A stretch of DNA of 64,000 nucleotides, taken from the NCBI GenBank assembly GCA_963700285.1, contig CAVOXA010000010.1, positions 768,001 through 832,000 on the forward strand, read 5' to 3'. The notes under the pieces are model-generated. The model had not been told where the DNA came from, made no database searches, and saw only the letters and a program-made list of their open reading frames with translations. The position numbers were made by a program, and so were the translations under genes. This document shows, one piece after another, positions 50,858 to 63,130 of this stretch (position 1 is the stretch's first letter; the number at the start of each line of letters is the position of its first letter). This DNA is from an uncultured Chloroflexia bacterium. Lineage in GTDB: Bacteria; Chloroflexota; Anaerolineae; JAAYZQ01.

Positions 50858-52195
50858 ATGCGCATCCTGCATGTCGTCCACCAGTATTTTCCCGATCACG
50901 TCGGAGGTACGGAGCACTATGTCCGCACCCTGTCCCGGTCGCAAATGCAAGAGGGGCACCAGGTAATCATCTTTTGCCGGCGCAGTGGGAGCGGGCAGCA
51001 TCTGGATCTTTCGGAGGAGTCCGTCGGCAAGGTCATGGCAGGAAACTCGGGCGGTCTTGGGACGGACGTTGGCAGAAGAGCTGGGTCATCAGGCAGCATT
51101 CATGTATACCAGGCGGTCAATGGCCCCTTTTCCCCCTTCGGGCGGTTCCGTTCTACGCTGGGGGACAGGTTCCTGGCCGGCTGCCTGTCCCGGACTGTGT
51201 CTGAAGTACAGCCTGACTTGGTCCACATTCACCATCTCATGGGTTTGCCCATCAATGCTCTTGCGGACGACGATCTGGCATCGCCGCTCGTCGTGACCCT
51301 GCACGACTATTGGTGGGTATGCGCCAATGCCCAGCTTATCACCGACTATGACGGCCAGGTATGCGATGGGCCGCGCTGGTGGCAAAACTGCGCCCGCTGT
51401 GGGCTGGCCCGTGCGGGCGCGTCAGCAGGTCTACGACAAGCTCTGTCGCCCTTTGTGGTCCCTCTCTTTGCCCTGCGCGCTGCCGCCCTTCGGCGCCTGC
51501 TACCCCGTGTGGCTGCCTGGATCGCGCCCACTGCCTTTGTCGCCAACTGGCATTCAGCCCACGGGTTCCCCGCGGAGCGGATGCACATTGTGGGCCACGG
51601 GATCGAGTTGCCGGAGGAGGACACGGTACAAGCCCCAATGGCTATGCTGGGCCAAAACGGCCGGCCAGCCAACCATTTTGCCTATATTGGTGGGCTCGCG
51701 CACCAGAAAGGGGTGCATGTCTTGATAGACGCTTTCAACGCATTGCCCCCTTCGGCCCAACTGACCATCGCCGGTGACGAAACAGCCTTTCCTGACTATT
51801 GCGCTCTCTTGCGCTCCCTGGCCGCGCATCCAGGCATCGAGTTTGCCGGTAGGCTAGACCGGGAGGGTGTCTGGCAAAAGTTGAACCAGGCCGATATTCT
51901 CGTGGTCCCATCCCTCTGGTATGAAACATCGTCGCTGGTCGTGCAGGAGGCTTTTGCTACAGGTACACCGGTTGTTGCCTCGGACCATGGAGCGCTTGCC
52001 GAGCGCATCCATCATGGAACCGACGGCCTGCTGACGCCGCCCGGTGATGTACCGGCGCTGCGCTCTGCCCTACAACGCCTGATGGACGAACCCGCCCTGT
52101 TGGCCCAATTGCGGAGTGGCATCAAGCCAGTCATGGACATGGCCCAGCATGAGCGCCAGACGGAGCAGGTCTACCAGCAGGTATTGGCCAGGTAA
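50858..52195 (+). CDS. GT4 glycosyltransferase
   Basis: [18 protein letters not shown] and PSLWYE..VVQEA. Confidence 0.92.
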   Translation: MRILHVVHQYFPDHVGGTEHYVRTLSRSQMQEGHQVIIFCRRSGSGQHLDLSEESVGKVMAGNSGGLGTDVGRRAGSSGSIHVYQAVNGPFSPFGRFRSTLGDRFLAGCLSRTVSEVQPDLVHIHHLMGLPINALADDDLASPLVVTLHDYWWVCANAQLITDYDGQVCDGPRWWQNCARCGLARAGASAGLRQALSPFVVPLFALRAAALRRLLPRVAAWIAPTAFVANWHSAHGFPAERMHIVGHGIELPEEDTVQAPMAMLGQNGRPANHFAYIGGLAHQKGVHVLIDAFNALPPSAQLTIAGDETAFPDYCALLRSLAAHPGIEFAGRLDREGVWQKLNQADILVVPSLWYETSSLVVQEAFATGTPVVASDHGALAERIHHGTDGLLTPPGDVPALRSALQRLMDEPALLAQLRSGIKPVMDMAQHERQTEQVYQQVLAR

Positions 52196-52205
52196 CAGGA
52201 TAGCT

Positions 52206-53198
52206 ATGAAGCTAATCATCCAGATTCCGTGCTACAACGAGGAAGAGACGCTGCCCCAGACACTGCATGACTTGCCGCGCGTGCTGCCTGGTGTCGATCA
52301 GATCGAATGGCTGGTCATCGACGACGGCTGCACTGACTGTACCGCCGAGGTGGCGGAAAGGCTGGGCGTCCACCACGTCTTGCGTTTTCGGCAGAACCAA
52401 GGGTTGGCCCGCGCCTACCTAGCCGGTTTGGAGGCATCTTTGCGGCTGGGTGCGGACATCATTGTGAATACGGATGCTGACAACCAATACCGCGGGGACG
52501 ATGTGGAACGATTGCTCGTACCCATTCTGGATGGACGGGCCGATCTGGTGGTCGGTGACCGTGGTGTGAGTACTGTGACCCACTTTTCACCGCTCAAGAG
52601 ATGGCTACAGCGGCTAGGCAATTGGGTAATGCAGCGAGCCACCGGTGTCAGCACCCCTGACGCGACCAGTGGCTTTCGGGCCATGACCCGGGAAGCGGCG
52701 ATGCGCACCCTCGTCATTAGCGAGTATTCTTATACGCTAGAGACCCTGATCCAGGCCGGTGCGCGCCAGATGGCAGTCGAGTATGTACCCGTGCGCACCA
52801 ATCCGCAGACCCGTCCCTCGCGGTTGATGCGCAACATGCCCCAGTACATTGCCCATTCGGGACTGACTATTCTGCGTACCTATACCCTGTACCGGCCGCT
52901 GCGCGTCTTTTTGGGCGTCGGCACGCTCATGATCGCCCTGGGAGTGCTGTTGGGCCTGCGATTCCTCTACTTTTACGTGATCTATCAGGGCGCGGCTGGC
53001 CACATCCAGTCCCTCATCCTGGCCGCGATTTTGCTGATCGTCGGAATCCAGGTTTGTCTCATCGGCCTGATAGCGGATCTGATCGGATTCAACCGCAAGA
53101 TCTTGGAAGAGATCCTTTACCGGATGCGCCGGATAGAGCTGGACCAGGATCCGGAGGATGCGGCGGGAACCGAGGATGCGGTGGGAACCAGCCAGTGA
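52206..53198 (+). CDS. GT2 polyprenol-phosphate glycosyltransferase (DPM1-like) with C-terminal TM helices
   Basis: [21 protein letters not shown] and DATSGFRA. Confidence 0.92.
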   Translation: MKLIIQIPCYNEEETLPQTLHDLPRVLPGVDQIEWLVIDDGCTDCTAEVAERLGVHHVLRFRQNQGLARAYLAGLEASLRLGADIIVNTDADNQYRGDDVERLLVPILDGRADLVVGDRGVSTVTHFSPLKRWLQRLGNWVMQRATGVSTPDATSGFRAMTREAAMRTLVISEYSYTLETLIQAGARQMAVEYVPVRTNPQTRPSRLMRNMPQYIAHSGLTILRTYTLYRPLRVFLGVGTLMIALGVLLGLRFLYFYVIYQGAAGHIQSLILAAILLIVGIQVCLIGLIADLIGFNRKILEEILYRMRRIELDQDPEDAAGTEDAVGTSQ

Positions 53199-55750
53199 AT
53201 CGCAGGCGGTGGTTCCTACTATCAGTACTTGTCGCTGTGGCCCTGGTGGTTGCAGGGGGCTTGTTCCTGGTTGGCAGGTGGCAGAACCAGGGCGGGTTCG
53301 TAGACGCGGACCAGCTTGCCCGAGCGAGCGGTACTGGCGCGGTACTGGAGCCTGGCAAGCCGGTAGGCCAGACCTTTGTGGCCCGCCACGGTGGGCTGGC
53401 GGGGATAGAGTTCTTTTTGACCTCCAACTCCTCTGTCCCCCTGACTCTTACACTGCATCTGCAAACCGATTCTCCGGAAGATATTGATCAATCTGGCCTG
53501 AGCCCATCAGGGCAGACTCTGGTCACCACCCGCCTGCGGCTGCCGCCCCAGGCGGATCCTGGATTCTACCGCTTTGACTTTCCATCTCAGACAAGCTCAC
53601 ATGGGGAGTACTATTACGCCTACCTCGACGCTGAAGCGGAGGGTATCGTAGACGTCTCGGGGCAGCCCGTGCTGCAGGCACAGGTAGCCCTGGCCGATGG
53701 ATCGGCATACCTCGATGGAGCCGCACACCAGAACCACCAGCCAATGGACGCCCAGACGGCCTTTCGACTGGTCTACGCGCCAGAGGACGCCCTGCTCGAT
53801 CTGCTCAAGGCAGCGCTGGGTGGGCTTGGATTGACCGCAGCCGCGACGCTGCTATTTGTCGTGCCAGGTTGGGCACTCTTGGCCTGGCTTCTGCCCGGCA
53901 AGTGTTCGGCCCTTGGAGAACCCTCATGGGCCACAGTACTGGCACTGTCGGCAGGCACAAGTGTGGCCCTGTACCCTTTGCTGCTCTTGTGGACTGACGT
54001 GATAGGCCTACATCTGGGGCCTCTGTACGCCTGGCTTCCGGTTGTCGTGGGGCTGATCGCGCTCGTCTGGCGCTACCGGTCCTGGCGGCCCAGGCGTGGT
54101 TGGGAGGCGCTCCAGCGCTGGGCTGGTTCGCAGGCCATCTGGCCGGATTTGGCCTTGCTGATCCTGTTGGCGTTGGTCTTGGGCGTGCGCCTGCTGGCGG
54201 TGCGCACGCTCGATGCGCCCATGTGGGGTGACTCTTTCCAGCACTCGCTGGTAGCTCAGTTGATGGTGGACAATGGCGGGCTGTTCGCTTCGTGGGCGCC
54301 TTACGCCGACCTGACCACCTTGACCTATCATTTTGGCTTTCAAAGCACGTCCGCAGCTCTGCAATGGCTCACGAGAATACCGGCCCCACAGGCCACGCTC
54401 TGGACCGGCCAGTTGTTGAACGTACTGGCCGTGTTGGCCGTCTATCCATTGGGGCTGCGGGTGACCGGCAGCCGGTGGGCTGCGACCTGGGCAGTTCTGC
54501 TGGCCGGACTGCTGTCGCCCATGCCCATGGCCTACACAAACTGGGGTCGCTACACACAATTGGCAGGCCAGGTTATTCTGCCGGCTGCCATCTGGCTGAC
54601 GTGGGAGGCCATCGAAAGGCCAGAGCGCCGGCGCAAGCTGTTGGTGCTGGTTATGCTGGTAGCCGGGGGCTTGGCACTAACACACTACCGGGTGCTTATT
54701 TTCTACGGGGTTTTTGTTCTGTCACTGTTCCTGGTCGCTCCCGGTCACAGCAGCCGTCGCGAAACGCTACTGCGATTGGTTGCGGTCGGCGTGGGCACTG
54801 GCCTTCTTTTCCTGCCCTGGCTGGTGCGCAATCTCGGCGGTGACAACCTCCAGATGTTTGGGATTCTGACAACGCAAGCCCCGGCCCAGGCGCACCCCAT
54901 CACGTGGGAGTACAATGCCATTGGTGATCTGGAGACCTACCTGGCCCCTTTGTGGTGGCTGGCCATGGTGCTCGGTCTTGGCCTGGGGTTGTGGCAGCGA
55001 CGGCGCGGCGTGTTGCTGATGGCTGTGTGGTGGCTCTTGTTGCTGTTTGCCACCAATCCCAACTGGCTGTCATTGCCTGGTGCGGGCGCCATCTCCAATT
55101 TCGCCCTGTTCATCTTTGCCTATCTGCCAGCGGGCATTTTCTCTGGCATCCTGGTCGCTGCCTTGACCGGATCGTTCAGCCGGCCGGCTGGACAGGGCGC
55201 GGCAGGCCAAAGATGGGCGCAGGTGCTGCTTCTATTGGCCATGGCAGGCCTGGGCATCTGGGGCTTGGGTGAGCGGCTGGGTGACCTGGATCCGGACCAC
55301 CATGCGCTGGTGACTCGCCCCGATGTACGAGCGGCTGCCTGGATCCGAGGCAATGGTCTGCCAGAAGGCCGCTTCCTCGTCAACTCTTTTCCTACCTACG
55401 CTGACAGCTCCATCGTTGGTTCTGATGCCGGTTGGTGGCTTCCGCTGCTGGCTGGGCGCCAGACCACCGTGCCCCCGCTCAACTACAGCAGTGAGCAGGG
55501 GCCTACTCCAGACTACGAGCAAAGGATAAATGAGTTGTCGCGCCTGGTACGTGAGGCTGGCCCGACCAACGAGGCGGTGGTGACCATGCTCCAGGCTGAG
55601 GGGGTGACCCACGTCTACATAGGCCAGCGCCAGGGGCAGGTGAACGATGCGGGTCTGGCAGTACTGGACCCGAACGAATTGCTAGACAGTCCCTACTATC
55701 GCTTGCGGTATCACCAGGATCGGGTCTGGATCTTTGAGCTGATCCAGTAA
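53195..55750 (+). CDS. Large multi-pass membrane protein, probable GT-C glycosyltransferase
   Basis: Extracellular N-domain, WGDSFQH, YHFGF and WGRYTQL motifs, more than 10 TM helices, and glycan cluster context. Confidence 0.7.
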   Translation: MNRRRWFLLSVLVAVALVVAGGLFLVGRWQNQGGFVDADQLARASGTGAVLEPGKPVGQTFVARHGGLAGIEFFLTSNSSVPLTLTLHLQTDSPEDIDQSGLSPSGQTLVTTRLRLPPQADPGFYRFDFPSQTSSHGEYYYAYLDAEAEGIVDVSGQPVLQAQVALADGSAYLDGAAHQNHQPMDAQTAFRLVYAPEDALLDLLKAALGGLGLTAAATLLFVVPGWALLAWLLPGKCSALGEPSWATVLALSAGTSVALYPLLLLWTDVIGLHLGPLYAWLPVVVGLIALVWRYRSWRPRRGWEALQRWAGSQAIWPDLALLILLALVLGVRLLAVRTLDAPMWGDSFQHSLVAQLMVDNGGLFASWAPYADLTTLTYHFGFQSTSAALQWLTRIPAPQATLWTGQLLNVLAVLAVYPLGLRVTGSRWAATWAVLLAGLLSPMPMAYTNWGRYTQLAGQVILPAAIWLTWEAIERPERRRKLLVLVMLVAGGLALTHYRVLIFYGVFVLSLFLVAPGHSSRRETLLRLVAVGVGTGLLFLPWLVRNLGGDNLQMFGILTTQAPAQAHPITWEYNAIGDLETYLAPLWWLAMVLGLGLGLWQRRRGVLLMAVWWLLLLFATNPNWLSLPGAGAISNFALFIFAYLPAGIFSGILVAALTGSFSRPAGQGAAGQRWAQVLLLLAMAGLGIWGLGERLGDLDPDHHALVTRPDVRAAAWIRGNGLPEGRFLVNSFPTYADSSIVGSDAGWWLPLLAGRQTTVPPLNYSSEQGPTPDYEQRINELSRLVREAGPTNEAVVTMLQAEGVTHVYIGQRQGQVNDAGLAVLDPNELLDSPYYRLRYHQDRVWIFELIQ

Positions 55751-55787
55751 GCAAGCGTGAGTGCATCAGTCATGCCAGGGTCACCAT

Positions 55788-56885
55788 ATGCGTATTCTCT
55801 TTCTCTATAGCAGCCATTCACGATATGTCCGAAACCTCGTCCTGAGCCGGGCGCTGCGTCTGTCACACGATGTCGTTGAAATCGCCAGCCCCTCTTCCAG
55901 CCGGCTGAAGGGCAACCTCTCCGTTAGCTTGCGCTTTCTATTCCAGGATCTCTCCGCTTTCGATCTGGTAGTGATTGGCTTTCCAGGACACCTTCTCGTG
56001 CCCTGGGTCCGGTTGTGGACGCCGGCGAAGGCGCGTCCACCGATTCTGTTCGACCCCTTTGTCTCGGCCTATGATACCTTCTGCCTGGACCGGCGCTGGT
56101 TTCGCCCACATTCCATTCCAGGACGGCTGGCCTATGCGTTGGATCTCTGGTCATGCCGTTGGGCGGATCGGCTCTTGGCCGACACCTACGCCCATCGCGA
56201 CTTTTTCATCCACACCTTTGATCTGCCACCAGCCAAAATCGACGTGGCCTACGTCGGTTGTGATGAGACACTCTTTGCTCCGCATCCCGAGCAACCAGCT
56301 TCCCCCGGTGATAACCGCACGTTCAACGTATTCACCTACACCTCCTTCCTACGCCTGCATGGTGTTGAGAAGATGCTCCACGCTGCCAAGTATTTGGAGG
56401 ATCGCCGCGATATCGTGTTTACCATTGCCGGTGCTGGATCCCGCCTGAGTGCCATGCAGAACCTGGCCCACGATCTCGGCCTGCGCAACGTACGTTTTCC
56501 CGGTTGGGTGCCCTTTGACCAACTTCCGGACCGTATCGCCGGGGCCGATCTCTGTCTCGGTGGGCATTTTTCCGATGTGCCCAAAGCCGCCAGGGTAATC
56601 TCGACCAAGACTTTCCAGTTCATCGCCATGCGCAAACCCACAGTCGTGGGCGACAATGCTGCCACCCGCGAGGTTTTTGTCCCCGGCCAGCACGTGTGGG
56701 CTGTGCCCATGGACTGTTCGGAGGCGCTGGCAGAAGCGATCGGTGCCTTGGCCAGCGACCCCAAACTGCGTTGTCGCCTTGCTGATGGTGGCTATGATAT
56801 CTTTCAGCAACGATTTACCACCGAAGCCATTGCCCGGCAACTGGCGCCCGTGATCGAGGAAACTGCATGCGGATCTGCTTCGTAA
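55788..56885 (+). CDS. GT4-like glycosyltransferase
   Basis: FLRLHGVE, ADLCLGG.F and KTFQ..AM.KP. Confidence 0.85.
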   Translation: MRILFLYSSHSRYVRNLVLSRALRLSHDVVEIASPSSSRLKGNLSVSLRFLFQDLSAFDLVVIGFPGHLLVPWVRLWTPAKARPPILFDPFVSAYDTFCLDRRWFRPHSIPGRLAYALDLWSCRWADRLLADTYAHRDFFIHTFDLPPAKIDVAYVGCDETLFAPHPEQPASPGDNRTFNVFTYTSFLRLHGVEKMLHAAKYLEDRRDIVFTIAGAGSRLSAMQNLAHDLGLRNVRFPGWVPFDQLPDRIAGADLCLGGHFSDVPKAARVISTKTFQFIAMRKPTVVGDNAATREVFVPGQHVWAVPMDCSEALAEAIGALASDPKLRCRLADGGYDIFQQRFTTEAIARQLAPVIEETACGSAS

Positions 56886-58027
56886 CCCTGGACTTTCCAC
56901 CATTCCGCGGCTCTGGCTTGACTATCTATGCCGAGACGGTCGTCCGTGGGCTGGCAGCCCGGGGCCACGACGTGACGGTGGTTGCCTCCGGCCACCCTGA
57001 GAGCGAGCAAACAGTGGGTAGCGAACCACCAGCCGGTGTCAGAGTCGTTCGGGTATCCAGTGGTCCCGCGGACTGGATCGGCCTGGGTTGGCAGGCAGCC
57101 AGGTACCTGCGCGCCCATCGCGCCGAGTTTGATGTCATCCATTTTGCCAACGTCCACTTTGCCTATGCCTACCGGGGTCCCTTTGTTGCGTCAGCTTTCC
57201 AGTCTTTCCGCCAGCAACTCACAAGCCATCACGGGCGCCCCTACCACACGAATCGGCGCAACTACCTGTTTCGCCTGCTGTACTATTCCGTGGCAAAATG
57301 GGTGATGGAACGGCCAGCCGTAGCGCGCGCCGATCATCTTGTCATGTCCAGCCGTTCGACACAGCAAGAGTTCGTGAGACATTGCGGTGTAGTTCCAGAA
57401 CGGATGACCCTGGTCTACCTGGGCATTGACCTGCAGCGCTTCGAGTCGCTCCCGAACCGAATAGAGGCCCGCCGGCAGTTGGGTCTCCCTGGTGAGATTC
57501 CCCTGCTGTTGTACGTCGGCTTTTCTACTCCCCGCAAGGGGGTCGAGTACCTGGCCCAGGCTCTGCGCGTGATGCAGACACCGGCGCATCTGGTGATGGT
57601 CGGCAAGTGGGAGGCCAACTACCCTGAGCGCTTTTTGGCAGCCCTGGGCGATGCTCGGCCCAGGGTTCACCTGGTCGGCTATGTGCCGGACGATGATCTG
57701 CCGGCCTATTTCGCTGCTGCCGATCTCTTTGTTCTGCCAACCCTACTCGAAGGCTTTGGCATCCCGCTGGTCGAGGCCATGGCTGCCGGCTTGCCCCTTG
57801 TCACGACCTCAGGAGGCTCGGCCGGCGAGGTTGCCGGTGATGCTGGTGTGATCGTGCCACCGGCGGATAGCGGTTCACTCGCCAAGGCCATGGACCGCGT
57901 GCTCAACGACCCTGGCCTGGCGCGCCGGCTGGGCGAGACCGGCAGGGAACGGGCCCGTACGCTCTTTGCCGAGGAGCACATGGCGGCGGCCATCGAAGCA
58001 GTGTACCGTCGTTTCTCAAACGATTGA
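56867..58027 (+). CDS. GT4 glycosyltransferase
   Basis: RKG and FVLPTLLEGFGIPLVEAMAAG. Confidence 0.93.
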   Translation: MRICFVTLDFPPFRGSGLTIYAETVVRGLAARGHDVTVVASGHPESEQTVGSEPPAGVRVVRVSSGPADWIGLGWQAARYLRAHRAEFDVIHFANVHFAYAYRGPFVASAFQSFRQQLTSHHGRPYHTNRRNYLFRLLYYSVAKWVMERPAVARADHLVMSSRSTQQEFVRHCGVVPERMTLVYLGIDLQRFESLPNRIEARRQLGLPGEIPLLLYVGFSTPRKGVEYLAQALRVMQTPAHLVMVGKWEANYPERFLAALGDARPRVHLVGYVPDDDLPAYFAAADLFVLPTLLEGFGIPLVEAMAAGLPLVTTSGGSAGEVAGDAGVIVPPADSGSLAKAMDRVLNDPGLARRLGETGRERARTLFAEEHMAAAIEAVYRRFSND

Positions 58028-58191
58028 TGGCTGCTGTGAATACACACCAAAGATAACTTGGCTCTGCGCAAAGTTCACCCTGAACTGGAATCTCAAGAGC
58101 GAACAGGCTCGCTGTGCCCTGGTGCGGTACATTTGACAGCCTCCTGGGATTGCCTATACTGGAGATTGAACAACTCCGATCGGGAGACAGG

Positions 58192-59160
58192 ATGCAACGG
58201 ATCGACTGCCCTCTCTGTGATTCCTCAGATTATGTGACCGTCGCTGAGATGCGCGATCGTCTGCTGGGTATTGACGGGCGGTTTCAGATGGTGCGCTGTG
58301 AACAATGTGGCTTGCACTACTTGAACCCCCAGCCAACGATGGCAGAACTGGTACGATACTATCCAGAGGATTATGCTCCCTTCACGACGCCGTCGCCTGA
58401 ACATCTGCCCATCTTGCAGCGACTCAGCGTGCGCTATGGACTGGCCAAGCGCCGCCAGGCTGTCACACGCTACAAGCCTCGCGGGCGTCTGCTGGAGATC
58501 GGCTGCGCCAATGGTATGTTCCTGGATGCCATGCGCCAGACCGGGGACTGGCAGGTACAGGGTGTTGAGGTTAGTGACGCGCCAGTGCGCGTTGCACGAG
58601 AACAACTGGGTCTCAAGATCTTCCATGGTTTGCTGCCAGATGGGCAATTTCCTGACGACGCTTTTGATGCCGTCGTGATGTGGGATGTACTGGAGCATGT
58701 GCACGGCCCCAAGGAGACCCTACTCGAGATCCATCGCGTGCTCAAGCCTGACGGAATACTTGTCTTGCGGGTACCGCAGCTCGATAGCTGGGATCGCAGC
58801 CTGTTTGGCCCCTATTGGGTGGGCTGGGATGCGCCGCGTCACCTGACCCTGTTCTCGCAGCAGACGCTGGGGCTAATATTGGCCCGGACCGGTTTCTGCG
58901 TAGAAAGAATGATGTGCATCTCGGGCAGCTATCCGACTTTTGCGTTGAGCGTGCGGTTCTGGGCCCAGGAGCATCTCTCTGTCCCAGCCCAGAAGCGACT
59001 GTGGGCGGTGCTAAACTCGGCACCCATGCGCGTGTTTGTGATACCCCATTTCTTTTTGATGGACCGGCTGGGCAAGGGCACCGTTATCACAGTCATTGCT
59101 CGACCTGGTGAACAGGTGGGTGTTGTTGATCCAGCCCAACCAAAAGGGCTGTCGCCATGA
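58192..59160 (+). CDS. Class I SAM methyltransferase with N-terminal zinc-binding motif
   Basis: CPLC..C..CG, LLEIGCANG, WDVLEH and PRHL. Confidence 0.9.
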   Translation: MQRIDCPLCDSSDYVTVAEMRDRLLGIDGRFQMVRCEQCGLHYLNPQPTMAELVRYYPEDYAPFTTPSPEHLPILQRLSVRYGLAKRRQAVTRYKPRGRLLEIGCANGMFLDAMRQTGDWQVQGVEVSDAPVRVAREQLGLKIFHGLLPDGQFPDDAFDAVVMWDVLEHVHGPKETLLEIHRVLKPDGILVLRVPQLDSWDRSLFGPYWVGWDAPRHLTLFSQQTLGLILARTGFCVERMMCISGSYPTFALSVRFWAQEHLSVPAQKRLWAVLNSAPMRVFVIPHFFLMDRLGKGTVITVIARPGEQVGVVDPAQPKGLSP

Positions 59161-59942
59161 AGAGCCAGCGAACGAGTGTGCAAGTGGATCAAAACGAACG
59201 GTTGATACAAGAGCTGATCGAATTGCGGGGACAGCACGTCGTATTGGCCGAGGATAGCGCCCACAGCTACGACGCACTGCACGGCGAAGGCCACCTGCGC
59301 CAGCAAGACTCGTTCTACAAGTGGCTGCTGAGCCTGTTGGAGCCGCGACAGGGGCAGTCGCTGCTGGATGTCTCCTGTGGCCAGGGGGTGCTCCTGGGTT
59401 TCGCCGGGCAGGCAGGCCTGCGAGCGGCAGGGCTTGACCTCTCCTCCTCTGCCGTCACCATCGCCTGCCAGCAGGTTCCGCCGCCCCTCGTTTGCGTCGC
59501 AGATGCAGAACAGTTGCCGTACCCCGATGCAACGTTTGACTATTCCACGAACATAGGGAGCATCGAGCACTATTTCCACCCCCACTGGGCCATCCGCGAG
59601 ATGGCGCGCGTACTGCGGCCTGATGGGCTGGCCCTGATTCTGCTACCCAATACCTTTGGCTTGCTGGGGAATATCCTGCACGTGTGGCGAAAGGGTGACG
59701 TGTTCGACGATGGGCAGCCCCTGCAGCGCTATGGCACCCCTGAGCAATGGCGCAGACTGCTGGAGTTGAACGCCCTGCAGGTGGTTCGTACCCTGAAATA
59801 CGAACGTACGCCGCCCAGGACCAGGGAGGATCTGCTGTGGTACGCGCGGCGCCCGCACAAACTGGGCCGCGTGCTGCTGGCGCCTTTTATCCCGCTGAAC
59901 CTCGCCAGTTTCTTGGTGTACCTGTGTCGCAAAGCCCAGTAG
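59157..59942 (+). CDS. Class I SAM methyltransferase
   Basis: LLDVSCGQG, LPYPDATFD and RVLRPDG. Confidence 0.9.
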   Translation: MKSQRTSVQVDQNERLIQELIELRGQHVVLAEDSAHSYDALHGEGHLRQQDSFYKWLLSLLEPRQGQSLLDVSCGQGVLLGFAGQAGLRAAGLDLSSSAVTIACQQVPPPLVCVADAEQLPYPDATFDYSTNIGSIEHYFHPHWAIREMARVLRPDGLALILLPNTFGLLGNILHVWRKGDVFDDGQPLQRYGTPEQWRRLLELNALQVVRTLKYERTPPRTREDLLWYARRPHKLGRVLLAPFIPLNLASFLVYLCRKAQ

Positions 59943-60065
59943 AGTCTGGGAGAGTTCGGTCAGAAGGCATTTGCCCACCAGGGCGCGGCATACTTGACAG
60001 CCCCCCGAGATCGCCTATACTGGTGCTCTAATGGCTGCGACAGGGGGCAAGGTGGATCGAGCACG

Positions 60066-61187
60066 ATGAGATACCTGCTGGCACAAGAGGGCACAGAAGG
60101 ACGCTCAGCGACAGCATCCAAGCGGCGCTGGCCCCTTGCTTGGCTGACCGGCCAACGCTGGCGTGGAAGGGCAAATAGCTATACTTTCTACTCCAAAGAG
60201 TTTATCCGTTCTACCACACCGCGCAAGCTGGCAAACCTGGTCACGATCAAAGTACAGCGTAGGCTGCGCCGCGAACGCGTGATGGGCATGCCCATCAACT
60301 ATTTCATCGATCCAATCAACGTCTGCAACCTGCGTTGCCCCTTGTGTCCCACTGGGCGCGGTGTGCTGGCTCGACCACCGGGGCGCATGGACTTGGTTGA
60401 CCTCAAACGGGTCGTGCACGAGATCGCCCCCTATGCATACTGGATAGAGCTGTACAACTGGGGAGAACCCTTGCTGCACCCCGATATCTATGAGATGATC
60501 CGGTACGTGAGCCAGCGAGGCGTCAGCGTTGGCCTTAGCTCTAATCTGAATCGTCTGGATGCTCAAATGGCTCGCCAACTGGTAGAATCGGGGCTGAGCC
60601 GATTGGTGGTGTCCATCGATGGTGCAACACAGGAAAGCTACGCCACGTATCGTCGTCGCGGGCAGCTTGACAAAGTACTGGCGAACCTTCAGTTATTGCT
60701 CAACGCCCGAACTGAACTCGAGAGGCAGACGCCCTTTATAGTCTGGCGTATGTTGGTTGGCAAGCACAACGAGCATGAAATTGAGGACATACGGAGACTT
60801 GCCTACGAGATGGGTGTGGACAGCTTTGCAACCGGGGCACTATTCATAGACACGGACGATCCTGAACAGGTCGAACAGTGGCTGCCTACCGACCCAACCT
60901 ACAGCCCCTACGACTATCAGAAGGACAAGCCGCAAAACCAGTGGAATTGCGACGACCTGTGGGAGAATATGGTGATAAATTGGGACGGGGGCGTCGCTCC
61001 CTGTTGCTGGCTGCATGATCCCCAATTCGATTTCGCCAACATCTCTGATCAGAGTGTACGTGAGATATGGAACGGACCTCACTATGTGAGCGCCCGCCGA
61101 GTCATCAGCAGGCACAAGGGGAAACCCGGCGATGTGCCCACAATCTGTCACCACTGCCGTGGGCAGCCAAGTTACATGGAGTATTAG
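60066..61187 (+). CDS. Radical SAM protein with SPASM/Twitch domain
   Basis: CNLRCPLC, NWGEP and SIDG. C-terminal C..LW..INWDG.V.PCC...C..C. Confidence 0.92.
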   Translation: MRYLLAQEGTEGRSATASKRRWPLAWLTGQRWRGRANSYTFYSKEFIRSTTPRKLANLVTIKVQRRLRRERVMGMPINYFIDPINVCNLRCPLCPTGRGVLARPPGRMDLVDLKRVVHEIAPYAYWIELYNWGEPLLHPDIYEMIRYVSQRGVSVGLSSNLNRLDAQMARQLVESGLSRLVVSIDGATQESYATYRRRGQLDKVLANLQLLLNARTELERQTPFIVWRMLVGKHNEHEIEDIRRLAYEMGVDSFATGALFIDTDDPEQVEQWLPTDPTYSPYDYQKDKPQNQWNCDDLWENMVINWDGGVAPCCWLHDPQFDFANISDQSVREIWNGPHYVSARRVISRHKGKPGDVPTICHHCRGQPSYMEY

Positions 61188-61624
61188 GTGCTGCAGATCG
61201 ACTGTACGCTCTGTGACTCGGTCCAGCCCATGCTCGTTGAGGATGTCTGCGAGCCTTGGCTTCCGGCTGCCATTGCTCGACAGATGGGATCAGGAGCCAT
61301 TTTGACCTTACAGATCGGGACATACCACGCCGCCCTACGCTGTTCTCCATGCGCACCATCGCCCTGATACTGGCACATGTTGGTCACCAGCTGGAGCGCC
61401 TGTCCTGCATTTCGGGCGGCCATCCGACGCTCACGCCAAGCCTGCAGTTTGGGGCACGGGGATATCTTTCAATGCCGGCCTTACAAGGTTTGCAGCGCGT
61501 CTTGGAAGCTCTGGCTGTACGCCTGCTCGTGGCCCCTACTTTCACCTGGTGGGCCAGCTTGGCAACAGTTCTGTTGCCACCATCGCTGCCCGGGCAGGTG
61601 ATGAAAACCACCCAAGAGAACTAG
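61188..61624 (+). pseudogene. Internally deleted paralog of the methyltransferase at 58192-59160
   Basis: VLQIDCTLCDS matches MQRIDCPLCDS. DIPRRPTLFSMRTIALILA...SCISGGHPT matches DAPRHLTLFSQQTLGLILA...MCISGSYPT. Confidence 0.78.
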
Positions 61625-61640
61625 TGGAGGTTCTGGAAAC

Positions 61641-63068
61641 GTGAGAATCATGTTTGTTGCCCCCCCCTTGCCCAAGGCCAATACGACCGCCCAGCCGTTG
61701 GGGTTTGGCTACATGGCATCGGTGTTGCGCCGGGAAGGGTTCAAGGATATTACGATCCTCGATGCCTGTTCAATGATCATGAGTGTTGAGCAGACCATTG
61801 AGGCCATCAAGGAGCTGGAGCCCGATGTGTTGGGGCTCACGGCCATGACTGTGACCATCAAGAACGCCCTGAAAATCGCTGCTGCGGCCAAGGGGCTGTT
61901 CCCCAACATCAAGGTCGCCATTGGCGGCGTCCACGCCACTGTCTGTCCCGACGAGGTGATCGCCGATCCCAACGTAGACGTCGTCGTGAGAAACGAGGGC
62001 GACTACTCGTTCCTGGAGATTGTGAAGCGCTGGGATTCGGGCGAGTCCCTGGAGGGCGTGCAGGGTACCCACATCCGCGTGGATGGCCAGATCGTTCGTC
62101 ACGAGCAGTTTCCCCGTATTCGCAACCTGGACGACCTGCCTTTTCCGGCGCGTGACCTGATGCCCATGGAGATCTACAAGGCAGGGCTCTCATTTCCACC
62201 CCAGATCCGCACTCGGACGATGATGTACAGTGCCAGGGGTTGCCCCTACGACTGCTCCTTCTGCTCCACAGCGGCCGTCTGGGGGGGACATCACTGCGCG
62301 ATGCGCAGCGCTGGCAACGTCTTGGACGAGATCGAGGAAGTCGTCGAGCGGTTTGGGGTCTACGGTTTCGAGTTCGCCGACGAGCTTACCACCCTGCGCA
62401 AGGACCGTCTGGCCGAGTTCTGCAAGGGGATCCACGAGCGACGCCTGGAAAAAGTACGCTGGGTCGGCTCCTCGACGGTCAAGCAGATGGACTATGACAC
62501 GGCCAAGATGATGGCAGATTCGGGCTGCTCTATGGTGTTTATTGGCGTGGAATCCGGCTCGCCCCAGATCCTGAAGAGTCTCAACAAGCGGATCACGGTT
62601 GACGAGATCATCCACGCCTTTGACGTCACCCGCAGGGCGGGATTGCGCCGCGCGGCTTGCTTTATGTTGGGAGCGCCTGGAGAGACGGCCGAGACGGTCC
62701 AGGAGTCAATAGACCTGGCGCGGCGGATCCGGCCTGACCGTATCTCACTCAATGTAGTCACTCCCTATCCAGGCACACTGTTCTATGAGCAGTACGTGGA
62801 CAAGGACGCAGAGCTGGATTGGGATGAGGCTTTTAGCTCCGATCCAGACAAACCGGAGGAGGCGGAGATCTTTTACAACATCAGCGGGCTCTCCGACGAG
62901 GAACTTCAGCGATTGTGGACCAGGTTCCGGCGCTCGGTCGAACTGTCTCCGAGAAACCTGTTGAACGTACGCATGAACATCAACCGCCTGACTAATGCCC
63001 GAAACCGGCAGCATCTGTGGCAGAACCTGAAGGGGGCTGTTAGGATCATGCTGAGCCGCGGGGTATGA
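61641..63068 (+). CDS. Cobalamin-dependent (class B) radical SAM enzyme
   Basis: PLG..Y.AS, GGVHAT, EGD, SARGCPYDCSFC, GVESG and PYPGT. Confidence 0.93.
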   Translation: MRIMFVAPPLPKANTTAQPLGFGYMASVLRREGFKDITILDACSMIMSVEQTIEAIKELEPDVLGLTAMTVTIKNALKIAAAAKGLFPNIKVAIGGVHATVCPDEVIADPNVDVVVRNEGDYSFLEIVKRWDSGESLEGVQGTHIRVDGQIVRHEQFPRIRNLDDLPFPARDLMPMEIYKAGLSFPPQIRTRTMMYSARGCPYDCSFCSTAAVWGGHHCAMRSAGNVLDEIEEVVERFGVYGFEFADELTTLRKDRLAEFCKGIHERRLEKVRWVGSSTVKQMDYDTAKMMADSGCSMVFIGVESGSPQILKSLNKRITVDEIIHAFDVTRRAGLRRAACFMLGAPGETAETVQESIDLARRIRPDRISLNVVTPYPGTLFYEQYVDKDAELDWDEAFSSDPDKPEEAEIFYNISGLSDEELQRLWTRFRRSVELSPRNLLNVRMNINRLTNARNRQHLWQNLKGAVRIMLSRGV

Positions 63069-63130
63069 GAACCTGGTGAACATCCAAACCTCTCCTGCTT
63101 TTTGGTCCATCTGTGTCGAAAAACCTCTTT

